Made by a program: the position numbers and the translations under genes. From positions 15,872,001-15,936,000 of the forward strand of contig OZ024749.1 in NCBI GenBank assembly GCA_964016885.1: 64,000 bases of DNA, written 5' to 3'. The notes below the pieces were generated by a model. It had not been told where the DNA came from. It saw only the letters and a program-made list of their open reading frames with translations, and did not search any database. Positions 1-15,500 of this stretch are shown in pieces. The DNA comes from Eledone cirrhosa. Taxonomy: Eukaryota. Each line of letters begins with the position of its first letter. The stretch's first letter is position 1.

Positions 1-254
1 CGTTGTGTTGTAAAGTTCACGCCAATTTTATTTAATTAATTTATTTATTTATTCTTGTTTCCGTCTCTGCGCATGCGTTTGCGTGCGTGTTTAATGTTGG
101 TGTGTGTGTTCAAGTTTGAGTCTATGTTTTTTGTTTGTTTTCGTATTCTATCTTTGTTCAATAGTGTGTGTTTATATGTGTTTGTTGTTATTGTACTTGT
201 GTATATATATATTTATTTATATATTTATTTATATTTCGCTTAGGTCAGAAATGT

Positions 255-750
255 TTGTTTGGGTATGGTTGTTATTCCATTCGTTCTTTCTGTTCAACTT
301 CGGTCTTCTTAGTTCTATCTCAGTTGCTTCTCTGATTTGCCTACCTGTTGAGTCATTTCTATGCTTAGATATTATTTTAATTTCTATGTTGTCTATATTA
401 CCGTCATGTCTTTGTCTGGCGTGTTCGTATAGTACTGAACCGTTTTTTCCCTTTTAGTTCCCCCCAGTGTTGGTCAATTCTTTCTCCTATGCTTCAAGCT
501 GTCTCACCTATGTATGTCGTTGTCATGTTTCTGAAAGTACCCTCTGTAAATCTTATGCTATAGACTACATTTCTAGTTTTACAGTTTATCTGGGGGTTCA
601 CTTAACATATAACACATTTCTTATTCGTACAGTGGGTATGTCTTGCTGATCAGGGATTTTATGGTAGTTCCTGGCTTTTCTACCACTTTAATCTTTAGAT
701 GTGTCTTTCTTAAGGCTTTTCTACATTGCTTAGCTAATTTCCCTCCAGGA
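255..750 (-). pseudogene. Decayed C-terminal part of a Penelope-like element ORF (linker plus GIY-YIG endonuclease)
   Basis: Manual minus-strand translation, across stops and frameshifts: PGGKLAKQCRKAL..IKVVEKPGTTIKSL..NCKTRNVVYSI..TYIGETA*SIGE..SVLYEHARQRH..RQIREATEIELRRPKLNRKNEW. VVY-YIG-E-T and the R..E..LN motifs are typical of PLE GIY-YIG domains. The 5' break abuts (TA)n at ~755. Confidence 0.85.
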
Positions 751-1065
751 AATGTATATATATATATATATGGCAATGAACGGAAAAAAGCGGAGATAAT
801 ACGTCGTTATGTGGATCGAAGAGAACAAATACACGCAAAGACAAAACCACGTTTATGGTATAAATGGAGTCGTTTGACTAATATTCTATTTAGGAAACCG
901 AATGATTCTCGGCTTCGGAGTTAAGAATTATGTAAATAAATTAGTAGAACGAAAATATATTTAATAAATAGCCACGAAATTTAATATATATGGCTGACTG
1001 GATATACGTCTGTTTTGTTTCTCAAAACTATTCCCCATCTTTCTAGTTCCTCTTTGATTTCTAAA

Positions 1066-1107
1066 TCTATATTCTGATGAAAGACTAATGTCCGAAACGT
1101 CAATAGA
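1066..1107 (+). ncRNA. Minimal type I hammerhead ribozyme (PLE pLTR type)
   Basis: tctat-att CTGATGA a-a-gac taat gtc-c GAAAC GTC aataga: intact core, short stem II, minimal stem III, GUC triplet, stem I closed by aataga. Confidence 0.75.
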
Positions 1108-1657
1108 CTTTTCATACTATATCAAGCGTTAAACTAATATACATACATTAATTGTACTGTATTGTTTGCTATGTTCTTTCCATTTACCTTTTGCATAGAT
1201 ATGTATGTACATATATCAAAGATTGTTTGAAATACTAGTAGGCAGAGGATGAGGAGAATAGATGGATGAGGAGGGGCCGAAGGAGGAGAAAGCAATAGCA
1301 ACAATAACAACAACAATGACACCACCATCACCACCAAATCCACCACTACCACCACCGCCGCCGCCATCAAGAACAACAAAGACAAATCTAAATAGAACAA
1401 AGTTGACCTTTGTATGGTAAACATTTCGGATTGGAGTTCAGACGATAGACTGAGGTGAGACAGGGTGATGGGGAGAGTGTGAGAGGCGGGAGGGGGAGCA
1501 GAGAGTGTGAGAGAGGGGGAGAGGGAGCAGAGAGTGGGACAGAGAGAGAGAGAGTGTGAGAGAGAGGCAGAGGGAGAGAGAGAGAGAGAGAGAGGGTAGA
1601 AGGTAAAAGTGAAGTAAAAAAGCGATCTAGTTAAAAAGAAAGAGATGAGTGGGATGT

Positions 1658-3358
<1,701 letters not shown>

Positions 3359-3461
3359 AATGTATGCATGTGTGTGCAAAGAAGAAAAGTAAAAGTCACG
3401 ATGGTCAGTACCAGATTTTATAAATAGAGCGATTTATAATTTGTTGGTTGAAAGCCAAAAC

Positions 3462-3510
3462 TTCACAAAATCGATATTCCGTGTCTCTCGTTGCCGATCT
3501 TCAGGCGATC
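3462..3510 (-). ncRNA. Degenerate hammerhead-like motif flanking the satellite
   Basis: Minus strand: tcgc CTGAAGA tcggcaacgagagacacg GAAT atcgat ttt gtga. GAAA is mutated to GAAT; palindromic ATCGAT sits at the stem III position. Confidence 0.4.
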
Positions 3511-3529
3511 ATTTGGAGATGGTGGACAA

Positions 3530-6500
3530 CATGTGCATAGATTGACCAATTTAAGGTGGACTTAGGCTCTGACTAGTAGGTCAGGGCCGGATCGGAAACA
3601 GTAGGACAGATTGATCATTATAAAGTCACATTTGGACAGGCAACATAAGGACGATTGACCATTATAAGGTGGACGGAGGCTCCAACTGGTAGGTCACAGT
3701 TGGACAGGCAATATAAAGACATATTGACCAGTAAGAAGTGGACGGAGGCTCCAACTGGTAGGTCACAGTTGACCTGGCAATATAAAGACATATTGACCAG
3801 TAAGAGGTGGACGGAGGCTCCAACTGGTAGGTCACAGTTGAACTGGCAATATAAAGACATATTGACCAGTAAGAGCTGGACGGAGGCTCCAACTGGTAGG
3901 TCACAGTTGAACTGGCAATATAAAGACATATTGACCAGTAAGAGGTGGACGGAGGCTCCAACTGGTAGGTCACAGTTGAACTGGCAATATAAAGACATAT
4001 TGACCAGTAAGAGCTGGACGGAGGCTCCAACTGGTAGGTCACAGTTGGACTGGCAATATAAAGACATATTGACCAGTAAGAGGTGGACGGAGGCTCCAAC
4101 TGGTAGGTCACAGTTGAACTGGCAATATAAAGACATATTGACCAGTAAGAGCTGGACGGAGGCTCCAACTGGTAGGTCACAGTTGGACTGGCAATATAAA
4201 GATATATTGACCAGTAAGAGGTGGACGGAGGCTCCAACTGGTAGGTCACAGTTGAACTGGCAATATAAAGACATATTGACCAGTAAGAGGTGGACGGAGG
4301 CTCCAACTGGTAGGTCACAGTTGGACTGGCAATATAAAGATATATTGACCATTAAGAGGTGGACGGAGGCTCCAACTGGTAGGTCACAGTTGAACTGGCA
4401 ATATAAAGACATATTGACCAGTAAGAGCTGGACGGAGGCTCCAACTGGTAGGTCACAGTTGGACTGGCAATATAAAGACATATTGACCAGTAAGAGGTGG
4501 ACGGAGGCTCCAACTGGTAGGTCACAGTTGAACTGGCAATATAAAGACATATTGACCAGTAAGAGCTGGACGGAGGCTCCAACTGGTAGGTCACAGTTGG
4601 ACTGGCAATATAAAGATATATTGACCAGTAAGAGGTGGACGGAGGCTCCAACTGGTAGGTCACAGTTGAACTGGCAATATAAAGACATATTGACCAGTAA
4701 GAGCTGGACGGAGGCTCCAACTGGTAGGTCACAGTTGGACTGGCAATATAAAGACATATTGACCAGTAAGAGGTGGACGGAGGCTCCAACTGGTAGGTCA
4801 CAGTTGAACTGGCAATATAAAGACATATTGACCAGTAGGAGCTGGACGGAGGCTCCAACTGGTAGGTCACAGTTGGACTGGCAATATAAAGACATATTGA
4901 CCAGTAAGAGGTGGACGGAGGCTCCAACTGGTAGGACACAGTTGAACTGGCAATATAAAGACATATTGACCAGTAAGAGCTGGACGGAGGCTCCAACTGG
5001 TAGGTCACAGTTGGACTGGCAATATAAAGACATATTGACCAGTAAGAGGTGGACGGAGGCTCCAACTGGTAGGTCACAGTTGAACTGGCAATATAAAGAC
5101 ATATTGACCAGTAAGAGCTGGACGGAGGCTCCAACTGGTAGGTCACAGTTGGACTGGCAATATAAAGATATATTGACCAGTAAGAGGTGGACGGAGGCTC
5201 CAACTGGTAGGTCACAGTTGAACTGGCAATATAAAGACATATTGACCAGTAAGAGGTGGACGGAGGCTCCAACTGGTAGGTCACAGTTGGACTGGCAATA
5301 TAAAGATATATTGACCATTAAGAGGTGGACGGAGGCTCCAACTGGTAGGTCACAGTTGAACTGGCAATATAAAGACATATTGACCAGTAAGAGCTGGACG
5401 GAGGCTCCAACTGGTAGGTCACAGTTGGACTGGCAATATAAAGACATATTGACCAGTAAGAGGTGGACGGAGGCTCCAACTGGTAGGTCACAGTTGAACT
5501 GGCAATATAAAGACATATTGACCAGTAAGAGCTGGACGGAGGCTCCAACTGGTAGGTCACAGTTGGACTGGCAATATAAAGATATATTGACCAGTAAGAG
5601 GTGGACGGAGGCTCCAACTGGTAGGTCACAGTTGAACTGGCAATATAAAGACATATTGACCAGTAAGAGCTGGACGGAGGCTCCAACTGGTAGGTCACAG
5701 TTGGACTGGCAATATAAAGACATATTGACCAGTAAGAGGTGGACGGAGGCTCCAACTGGTAGGTCACAGTTGAACTGGCAATATAAAGACATATTGACCA
5801 GTAGGAGCTGGACGGAGGCTCCAACTGGTAGGTCACAGTTGGACTGGCAATATAAAGACATATTGACCAGTAAGAGGTGGACGGAGGCTCCAACTGGTAG
5901 GACACAGTTGAACTGGCAATATAAAGACATATTGACCAGTAAGAGCTGGACGGAGGCTCCAACTGGTAGGTCACAGTTGGACTGGCAATATAAAGACATA
6001 TTGACCAGTAAGAGGTGGACGGAGGCTCCAACTGGTAGGTCACAGTTGAACTGGCAATATAAAGACATATTGACCAGTAAGAGCTGGACGGAGGCTCCAA
6101 CTGGTAGGTCACAGTTGGACTGGCAATATAAAGACATATTGACCAGTAAGAGGTGGACGGAGGCTCCAACTGGTAGGTCACAGTTGAACTGGCAATATAA
6201 AGACATATTGACCAGTAAGAGCTGGACGGAGGCTCCAACTGGTAGGTCACAGTTGGACTGGCAATATAAAGACATATTGACCAGTAAGAGGTGGACGGAG
6301 GCTCCAACTGGTAGGTCACAGTAGAACTGGCAATATAAAGACATATTGACCAGTAAGAGCTGGACGGAGGCTCCAACTGGTAGGTCACAGTTGAACTGGC
6401 AATATAAAGACATATTGACCAGTAAGAGGTGGACGAAGGCTCCAACTGGTAGGTCACAGTTGGACTGGCAATATAAAGACATATTGACCAGTAAGAGGTG

Positions 6501-9500
6501 GACTGAGGCTCCAACTGGTAGGTCACAGTTTGACTGGCAATATAAAGACATATTGACCAGTAAGAGCTGGACGAAGGCTCCAACTGGTAGGTCACAGTTG
6601 GACTGGCAATATAAAGACATATTGACCAGTAAGAGCTGGACGAAGGCTCCAACTGGTAGGTCACAGTTGGACTGGCAATATAATGACATATTGACCAGTA
6701 AGAGGTGGACGGAGGCTCCAACTGGTAGGTCACAGTTGAACTGGCAATATAAAGACATATTGACCAGTAAGAGGTGGACGGAGGCTCCAACTGGTAGGTC
6801 ACAGTTGAACTGGCAATATAAAGACATATTGACCAGTAAGAGGTGGATGGAGGCTCCAACTGGTAGGTCACAGTTGGACTGGCAATATAAAGACATATTG
6901 ACCAGTAAGAGGTGGACGGAGGCTCCAACTGGTAGGTCACAGTTGAACTGGCAATATAAAGACATATTGACCAGTAAGAGGTGGACGGAGGCTCCAACTG
7001 GTAGGTCACAGTTGAACTGGCAATATAAAGACATATTGACCAGTAAGAGGTGGATGGAGGCTCCAACTGGTAGGTCACAGTTGGACTGGCAATATAAAGA
7101 CATATTGACCAGTAAGAGGTGGATGGAGGCTCCAACTGGTAGGTCACAGTTGAACTTGCAATATAAAGACATATTGACCAGTAAGAGGTGGACGGAGGCT
7201 CCAACTGGTAGGTCACAGTTGGACTGGCAATATAAAGACATATTGACCAGTAAGAGGTGGACAAAGGATCCAACTGGTAGGTCACAGTTGAACTGGCAAT
7301 ATAAAGACATATTGACCAGTAAGAGGTGGACGGAGGCTCCAACTGGTAGGTCACAGTTGAACTGGCAATATAAAGACATATTGACCAGTAAGAGGTGGAC
7401 AAAGGATCCAACTGGTAGGTCACAGTTGAACTGGCAATATAATGACATATTGACCAGTAAGAGGTGGATGGAGGCTCCAACTGGTAGGTCACAGTTGGAC
7501 TGGCAATATAAAGACATATTGACCAGTAAGAGCTGGACGGAGGCTCCAACTGGTAGGTCACAGTTGAACTGGTAATATAAAGACATATTGACCAGTAAGA
7601 GCTGGACAAAGGATCCAACTGGTAGGTCACAGTTGAACTGGTAATATAAAGATATATTGACCAGTAAGAGGTGGACGGAGTCTCCAACTGGTAGGTCACA
7701 GTTGAACTGGTAATATAAAGACATATTGACCAGTAAGAGGTGGACGGAGGCTCCAACTGGTAGGTCACAGTTGAACTGGTAATATAAAGACATATTGACC
7801 AGTAAGAGGTGGACAAAGGATCCAACTGGTAGGTCACAGTTGAACTGGTAATATAAAGACATATTGACCAGTAAGAGCTGGACAAAGGATCCAACTGGTA
7901 GGTCACAGTAGAACTGGTAATATAAAGACATATTGACCAGTAAGAGCTGGACAAAGGATCCAACTGGTAGGTCACAGTTGAACTGGCAATATAAAGACAT
8001 ATTGACCAGTAAGAGCTGGACAAAGGATCCAACTGGTAGGTCACAGTAGAACTGGTAATATAAAGACATATTGACCAGTAAGAGCTGGACAAAGGATCCA
8101 ACTGGTAGGTCACAGTTGAACTGGTAATATAAAGACATATTGACCAGTAAGAGCTGGACAAAGGATCCAACTGGTAGGTCACAGTTGAACTGGCAATATA
8201 AAGACATATTGACCAGTAAGAGCTGGACAAAGGATCCAACTGGTAGGTCACAGTTGAACTGGCAATATAAAGACATATTGACCAGTAAGAGCTGGACAAA
8301 GGATCCAACTGGTAGGTCACAGTAGAACTGGTAATATAAAGACATATTGACCAGTAAGAGCTGGACAAAGGATCCAACTGGTAGGTCACAGTTGAACTGG
8401 TAATATAAAGACATATTGACCAGTAAGAGCTGGACAAAGGATCCAACTGGTAGGTCACAGTTGAACTGGCAATATAAAGACATATTGACCAGTAAGAGCT
8501 GGACGGAGGCTCCAACTGGTAGGTCACAGTTGAACTGGCAATATAAAGACATATTGACCAGTAAGAGCTGGACGAAGGCTCCAACTGGTAGGTCACAGTT
8601 GAACTGGCAATATAAAGACATATTGACCAGTAAGAGCTGGACAAAGGATCCAACTGGTAGGTCACAGTTGAACTGGCAATATAAAGACATATTGACCAGT
8701 AAGAGCTGGACAAAGGATCCAACTGGTAGGTCACAGTTGAACTGGCAATATAAAGACATATTGACCAGTAAGAGCTGGACAAAGGATCCAACTGGTAGGT
8801 CACAGTTGAACTGGTAATATAAAGACATATTGACCAGTAAGAGCTGGACAAAGGATCCAACTGGTAGGTCACAGTTGAACTGGCAATATAAAGACATATT
8901 GACCAGTAAGAGCTGGACGGAGGCTCCAACTGGTAGGTCACAGTTGAACTGGCAATATAAAGACATATTGACCAGTAAGAGCTGGACGAAGGCTCCAACT
9001 GGTAGGTCACAGTTGAACTGGCAATATAAAGACATATTGACCAGTAAGAGCTGGACAAAGGATCCAACTGGTAGGTCACAGTTGAACTGGCAATATAAAG
9101 ACATATTGACCAGTAAGAGCTGGACGGAGGCTCCAACTGGTAGGTCACAGTTGAACTGGCAATATAAAGACATATTGACCAGTAAGAGCTGGACGAAGGC
9201 TCCAACTGGTAGGTCACAGTTGAACTGGCAATATAAAGACATATTGACCAGTAAGAGCTGGACAAAGGATCCAACTGGTAGGTCACAGTTGAACTGGCAA
9301 TATAAAGACATATTGACCAGTAAGAGCTGGACAAAGGATCCAACTGGTAGGTCACAGTAGAACTGGTAATATAAAGACATATTGACCAGTAAGAGCTGGA
9401 CAAAGGATCCAACTGGTAGGTCACAGTTGAACTGGTAATATAAAGACATATTGACCAGTAAGAGCTGGACGAAGGCTCCAACTGGTAGGTCACAGTTGAA

Positions 9501-12500
9501 CTGGCAATATAAAGACATATTGACCAGTAAGAGCTGGACGAAGGCTCCAACTGGTAGGTCACAGTTGAACTGGCAATATAAAGACATATTGACCAGTAAG
9601 AGCTGGACAAAGGATCCAACTGGTAGGTCACAGTAGAACTGGTAATATAAAGACATATTGACCAGTAAGAGCTGGACAAAGGATCCAACTGGTAGGTCAC
9701 AGTTGAACTGGTAATATAAAGACATATTGACCAGTAAGAGCTGGACGAAGGCTCCAACTGGTAGGTCACAGTTGAACTGGCAATATAAAGACATATTGAC
9801 CAGTAAGAGCTGGACGAAGGCTCCAACTGGTAGGTCACAGTTGAACTGGCAATATAAAGACATATTGACCAGTAAGAGCTGGACAAAGGATCCAACTGGT
9901 AGGTCACAGTTGAACTGGCAATATAAAGACATATTGACCAGTAAGAGCTGGACGAAGGCTCCAACTGGTAGGTCACAGTTGAACTGGCAATATAAAGACA
10001 TATTGACCAGTAAGAGCTGGACAAAGGATCCAACTGGTAGGTCACAGTTGAACTGGCAATATAAAGACATATTGACCAGTAAGAGCTGGATAAAGGATCC
10101 AACTGGTAGGTCACAGTTGAACTGGCAATATAAAGACATATTGACCAGTAAGAGCTGGACGAAGGCTCCAACTGGTAGGTCACAGTTGGACTGGTAATAT
10201 AAAGACATATTGACCAGTAAGAGCTGGACGAAGGCTCCAACTGGTAGGTCACAGTTGAACTGGCAATATAAAGACATATTGACCAGTAAGAGCTGGACGA
10301 AGGCTCCAACTGGTAGGTCACAGTTGAACTGGCAATATAAAGACATATTGACCAGTAAGAGCTGGACAAAGGATCCAACTGGTAGGTCACAGTTGAACTG
10401 GCAATATAAAGACATATTGACCAGTAAGAGCTGGACAAAGGATCCAACTGGTAGGTCACAGTTGAACTGGCAATATAAAGACATATTGACCAGTAAGAGC
10501 TGGACAAAGGATCCAACTGGTAGGTCACAGTTGAACTGGCAATATAAAGACATATTGACCAGTAAGAGCTGGACGAAGGCTCCAACTGGTAGGTCACAGT
10601 TGAACTGGCAATATAAAGACATATTGACCAGTAAGAGCTGGACGAAGGCTCCAACTGGTAGGTCACAGTTGAACTGGCAATATAAAGACATATTGACCAG
10701 TAAGAGCTGGACGAAGGCTCCAACTGGTAGGTCACAGTTGAACTGGCAATATAAAGACATATTGACCAGTAAGAGCTGGACAAAGGATCCAACTGGTAGG
10801 TCACAGTTGAACTGGCAATATAAAGACATATTGACCAGTAAGAGCTGGACAAAGGATCCAACTGGTAGGTCACAGTTGAACTGGCAATATAAAGACATAT
10901 TGACCAGTAAGAGCTGGACGAAGGCTCCAACTGGTAGGTCACAGTTGAACTGGCAATATAAAGACATATTGACCAGTAAGAGCTGGACAAAGGATCCAAC
11001 TGGTAGGTCACAGTTGAACTGGCAATATAAAGACATATTGACCAGTAAGAGCTGGACAAAGGATCCAACTGGTAGGTCACAGTTGAACTGGCAATATAAA
11101 GACATATTGACCAGTAAGAGCTGGACGAAGGCTCCAACTGGTAGGTCACAGTTGAACTGGCAATATAAAGACATATTGACCAGTAAGAGCTGGACAAAGG
11201 ATCCAACTGGTAGGTCACAGTTGAACTGGCAATATAAAGACATATTGACCAGTAAGAGCTGGACAAAGGATCCAACTGGTAGGTCACAGTTGAACTGGCA
11301 ATATAAAGACATATTGACCAGTAAGAGCTGGACAAAGGATCCAACTGGTAGGTCACAGTTGAACTGGCAATATAAAGACATATTGACCAGTAAGAGCTGG
11401 ACAAAGGATCCAACTGGTAGGTCACAGTTGAACTGGCAATATAAAGACATATTGACCAGTAAGAGCTGGACGAAGGCTCCAACTGGTAGGTCACAGTTGA
11501 ACTGGCAATATAAAGACATATTGACCAGTAAGAGCTGGACGAAGGCTCCAACTGGTAGGTCACAGTTGAACTGGCAATATAAAGACATATTGACCAGTAA
11601 GAGCTGGACAAAGGATCCAACTGGTAGGTCACAGTTGAACTGGCAATATAAAGACATATTGACCAGTAAGAGCTGGACGAAGGCTCCAACTGGTAGGTCA
11701 CAGTTGAACTGGCAATATAAAGACATATTGACCAGTAAGAGCTGGACAAAGGATCCAACTGGTAGGTCACAGTTGAACTGGCAATATAAAGACATATTGA
11801 CCAGTAAGAGGTGGACGGAGTCTCCAACTGGTAGGTCACAGTTGAACTGGCAATATAAAGACATATTGACCAGTAAGAGCTGGACAAAGGATCCAACTGG
11901 TAGGTCACAGTTGAACTGGCAATATAAAGACATATTGACCAGTAAGAGCTGGACTAAGGATCCAACTGGTAGGTCACAGTTGAACTGGCAATATAAAGAC
12001 ATATTGACCAGTAAGAGCTGGACAAAGGATCCAACTGGTAGGTCACAGTTGAACTGGCAATATAAAGACATATTGACCAGTAAGAGCTGGACAAAGGATC
12101 CAACTGGTAGGTCACAGTTGAACTGGCAATATAAAGACATATTGACCAGTAAGAGCTGGACAAAGGATCCAACTGGTAGGTCACAGTTGAACTGGCAATA
12201 TAAAGACATATTGACCAGTAAGAGCTGGACAAAGGATCCAACTGGTAGGTCACAGTTGAACTGGTAATATAAAGACATATTGACCAGTAAGAGCTGGACA
12301 AAGGATCCAACTGGTAGGTCACAGTTGAACTGGCAATATAAAGACATATTGACCAGTAAGAGCTGGACAAAGGATCCAACTGGTAGGTCACAGTTGAACT
12401 GGCAATATAAAGACATATTGACCAGTAAGAGCTGGACAAAGGATCCAACTGGTAGGTCACAGTTGAACTGGCAATATAAAGACATATTGACCAGTAAGAG

Positions 12501-15500
12501 CTGGACAAAGGATCCAACTGGTAGGTCACAGTTGAACTGGCAATATAAAGACATATTGACCAGTAAGAGCTGGACGAAGGCTCCAACTGGTAGGTCACAG
12601 TTGAACTGGCAATATAAAGACATATTGACCAGTAAGAGCTGGACAAAGGATCCAACTGGTAGGTCACAGTTGAACTGGCAATATAAAGACATATTGACCA
12701 GTAAGAGCTGGACGAAGGCTCCAACTGGTAGGTCACAGTTGAACTGGCAATATAAAGACATATTGACCAGTAAGAGCTGGACAAAGGATCCAACTGGTAG
12801 GTCACAGTTGAACTGGCAATATAAAGACATATTGACCAGTAAGAGCTGGACAAAGGATCCAACTGGTAGGTCACAGTTGAACTGGCAATATAAAGACATA
12901 TTGACCAGTAAGAGCTGGACAAAGGATCCAACTGGTAGGTCACAGTTGAACTGGCAATATAAAGACATATTGACCAGTAAGAGCTGGACAAAGGATCCAA
13001 CTGGTAGGTCACAGTTGAACTGGCAATATAAAGACATATTGACCAGTAAGAGCTGGACGAAGGCTCCAACTGGTAGGTCACAGTTGAACTGGCAATATAA
13101 AGACATATTGACCAGTAAGAGCTGGACGAAGGCTCCAACTGGTAGGTCACAGTTGAACTGGCAATATAAAGACATATTGACCAGTAAGAGCTGGACAAAG
13201 GATCCAACTGGTAGGTCACAGTTGAACTGGCAATATAAAGACATATTGACCAGTAAGAGCTGGACAAAGGATCCAACTGGTAGGTCACAGTTGAACTGGC
13301 AATATAAAGACATATTGACCAGTAAGAGCTGGACGAAGGCTCCAACTGGTAGGTCACAGTTGAACTGGCAATATAAAGACATATTGACCAGTAAGAGCTG
13401 GACAAAGGATCCAACTGGTAGGTCACAGTTGAACTGGCAATATAAAGACATATTGACCAGTAAGAGCTGGACAAAGGATCCAACTGGTAGGTCACAGTTG
13501 AACTGGCAATATAAAGACATATTGACCAGTAAGAGCTGGACGAAGGCTCCAACTGGTAGGTCACAGTTGAACTGGCAATATAAAGACATATTGACCAGTA
13601 AGAGCTGGACGAAGGCTCCAACTGGTAGGTCACAGTTGAACTGGCAATATAAAGACATATTGACCAGTAAGAGCTGGACAAAGGATCCAACTGGTAGGTC
13701 ACAGTTGAACTGGCAATATAAAGACATATTGACCAGTAAGAGCTGGACAAAGGATCCAACTGGTAGGTCACAGTTGAACTGGCAATATAAAGACATATTG
13801 ACCAGTAAGAGGTGGACGGAGTCTCCAACTGGTAGGTCACAGTTGAACTGGCAATATAAAGACATATTGACCAGTAAGAGCTGGACAAAGGATCCAACTG
13901 GTAGGTCACAGTTGAACTGGCAATATAAAGACATATTGACCAGTAAGAGCTGGACTAAGGATCCAACTGGTAGGTCACAGTTGAACTGGCAATATAAAGA
14001 CATATTGACCAGTAAGAGCTGGACGAAGGCTCCAACTGGTAGGTCACAGTTGAACTGGCAATATAAAGACATATTGACCAGTAAGAGCTGGACAAAGGAT
14101 CCAACTGGTAGGTCACAGTTGAACTGGCAATATAAAGACATATTGACCAGTAAGAGCTGGACAAAGGATCCAACTGGTAGGTCACAGTTGAACTGGCAAT
14201 ATAAAGACATATTGACCAGTAAGAGGTGGACGGAGTCTCCAACTGGTAGGTCACAGTTGAACTGGCAATATAAAGACATATTGACCAGTAAGAGCTGGAC
14301 AAAGGATCCAACTGGTAGGTCACAGTTGAACTGGCAATATAAAGACATATTGACCAGTAAGAGCTGGACTAAGGATCCAACTGGTAGGTCACAGTTGAAC
14401 TGGCAATATAAAGACATATTGACCAGTAAGAGCTGGACAAAGGATCCAACTGGTAGGTCACAGTAGAACTGGTAATATAAAGACATATTGACCAGTAAGA
14501 GCTGGACAAAGGATCCAACTGGTAGGTCACAGTTGAACTGGTAATATAAAGACATATTGACCAGTAAGAGCTGGACAAAGGATCCAACTGGTAGGTCACA
14601 GTTGAACTGGCAATATAAAGACATATTGACCAGTAAGAGCTGGACAAAGGATCCAACTGGTAGGTCACAGTTGAACTGGCAATATAAAGACATATTGACC
14701 AGTAAGAGCTGGACAAAGGATCCAACTGGTAGGTCACAGTTGAACTGGCAATATAAAGACATATTGACCAGTAAGAGCTGGACAAAGGATCCAACTGGTA
14801 GGTCACAGTTGAACTGGTAATATAAAGACATATTGACCAGTAAGAGCTGGACAAAGGATCCAACTGGTAGGTCACAGTTGAACTGGCAATATAAAGACAT
14901 ATTGACCAGTAAGAGCTGGACAAAGGATCCAACTGGTAGGTCACAGTTGAACTGGCAATATAAAGACATATTGACCAGTAAGAGCTGGACGGAGGCTCCA
15001 ACTGGTAGGTCACAGTTGAACTGGCAATATAAAGACATATTGACCAGTAAGAGCTGGACGAAGGCTCCAACTGGTAGGTCACAGTTGAACTGGCAATATA
15101 AAGACATATTGACCAGTAAGAGGTGGACAAAGGATCCAACTGGTAGGTCACAGTTGAACTGGCAATATAAAGACATATTGACCAGTAAGAGCTGGACAAA
15201 GGATCCAACTGGTAGGTCACAGTTGAACTGGCAATATAAAGACATATTGACCAGTAAGAGGTGGACGGAGGCTCCAACTGGTAGGTCACAGTTGAACTGG
15301 CAATATAAAGACATATTGACCAGTAAGAGCTGGACGAAGGCTCCAACTGGTAGGTCACAGTTGAACTGGCAATATAAAGACATATTGACCAGTAAGAGCT
15401 GGACGAAGGCTCCAACTGGTAGGTCACAGTTGAACTGGCAATATAAAGACATATTGACCAGTAAGAGCTGGACAAAGGATCCAACTGGTAGGTCACAGTT

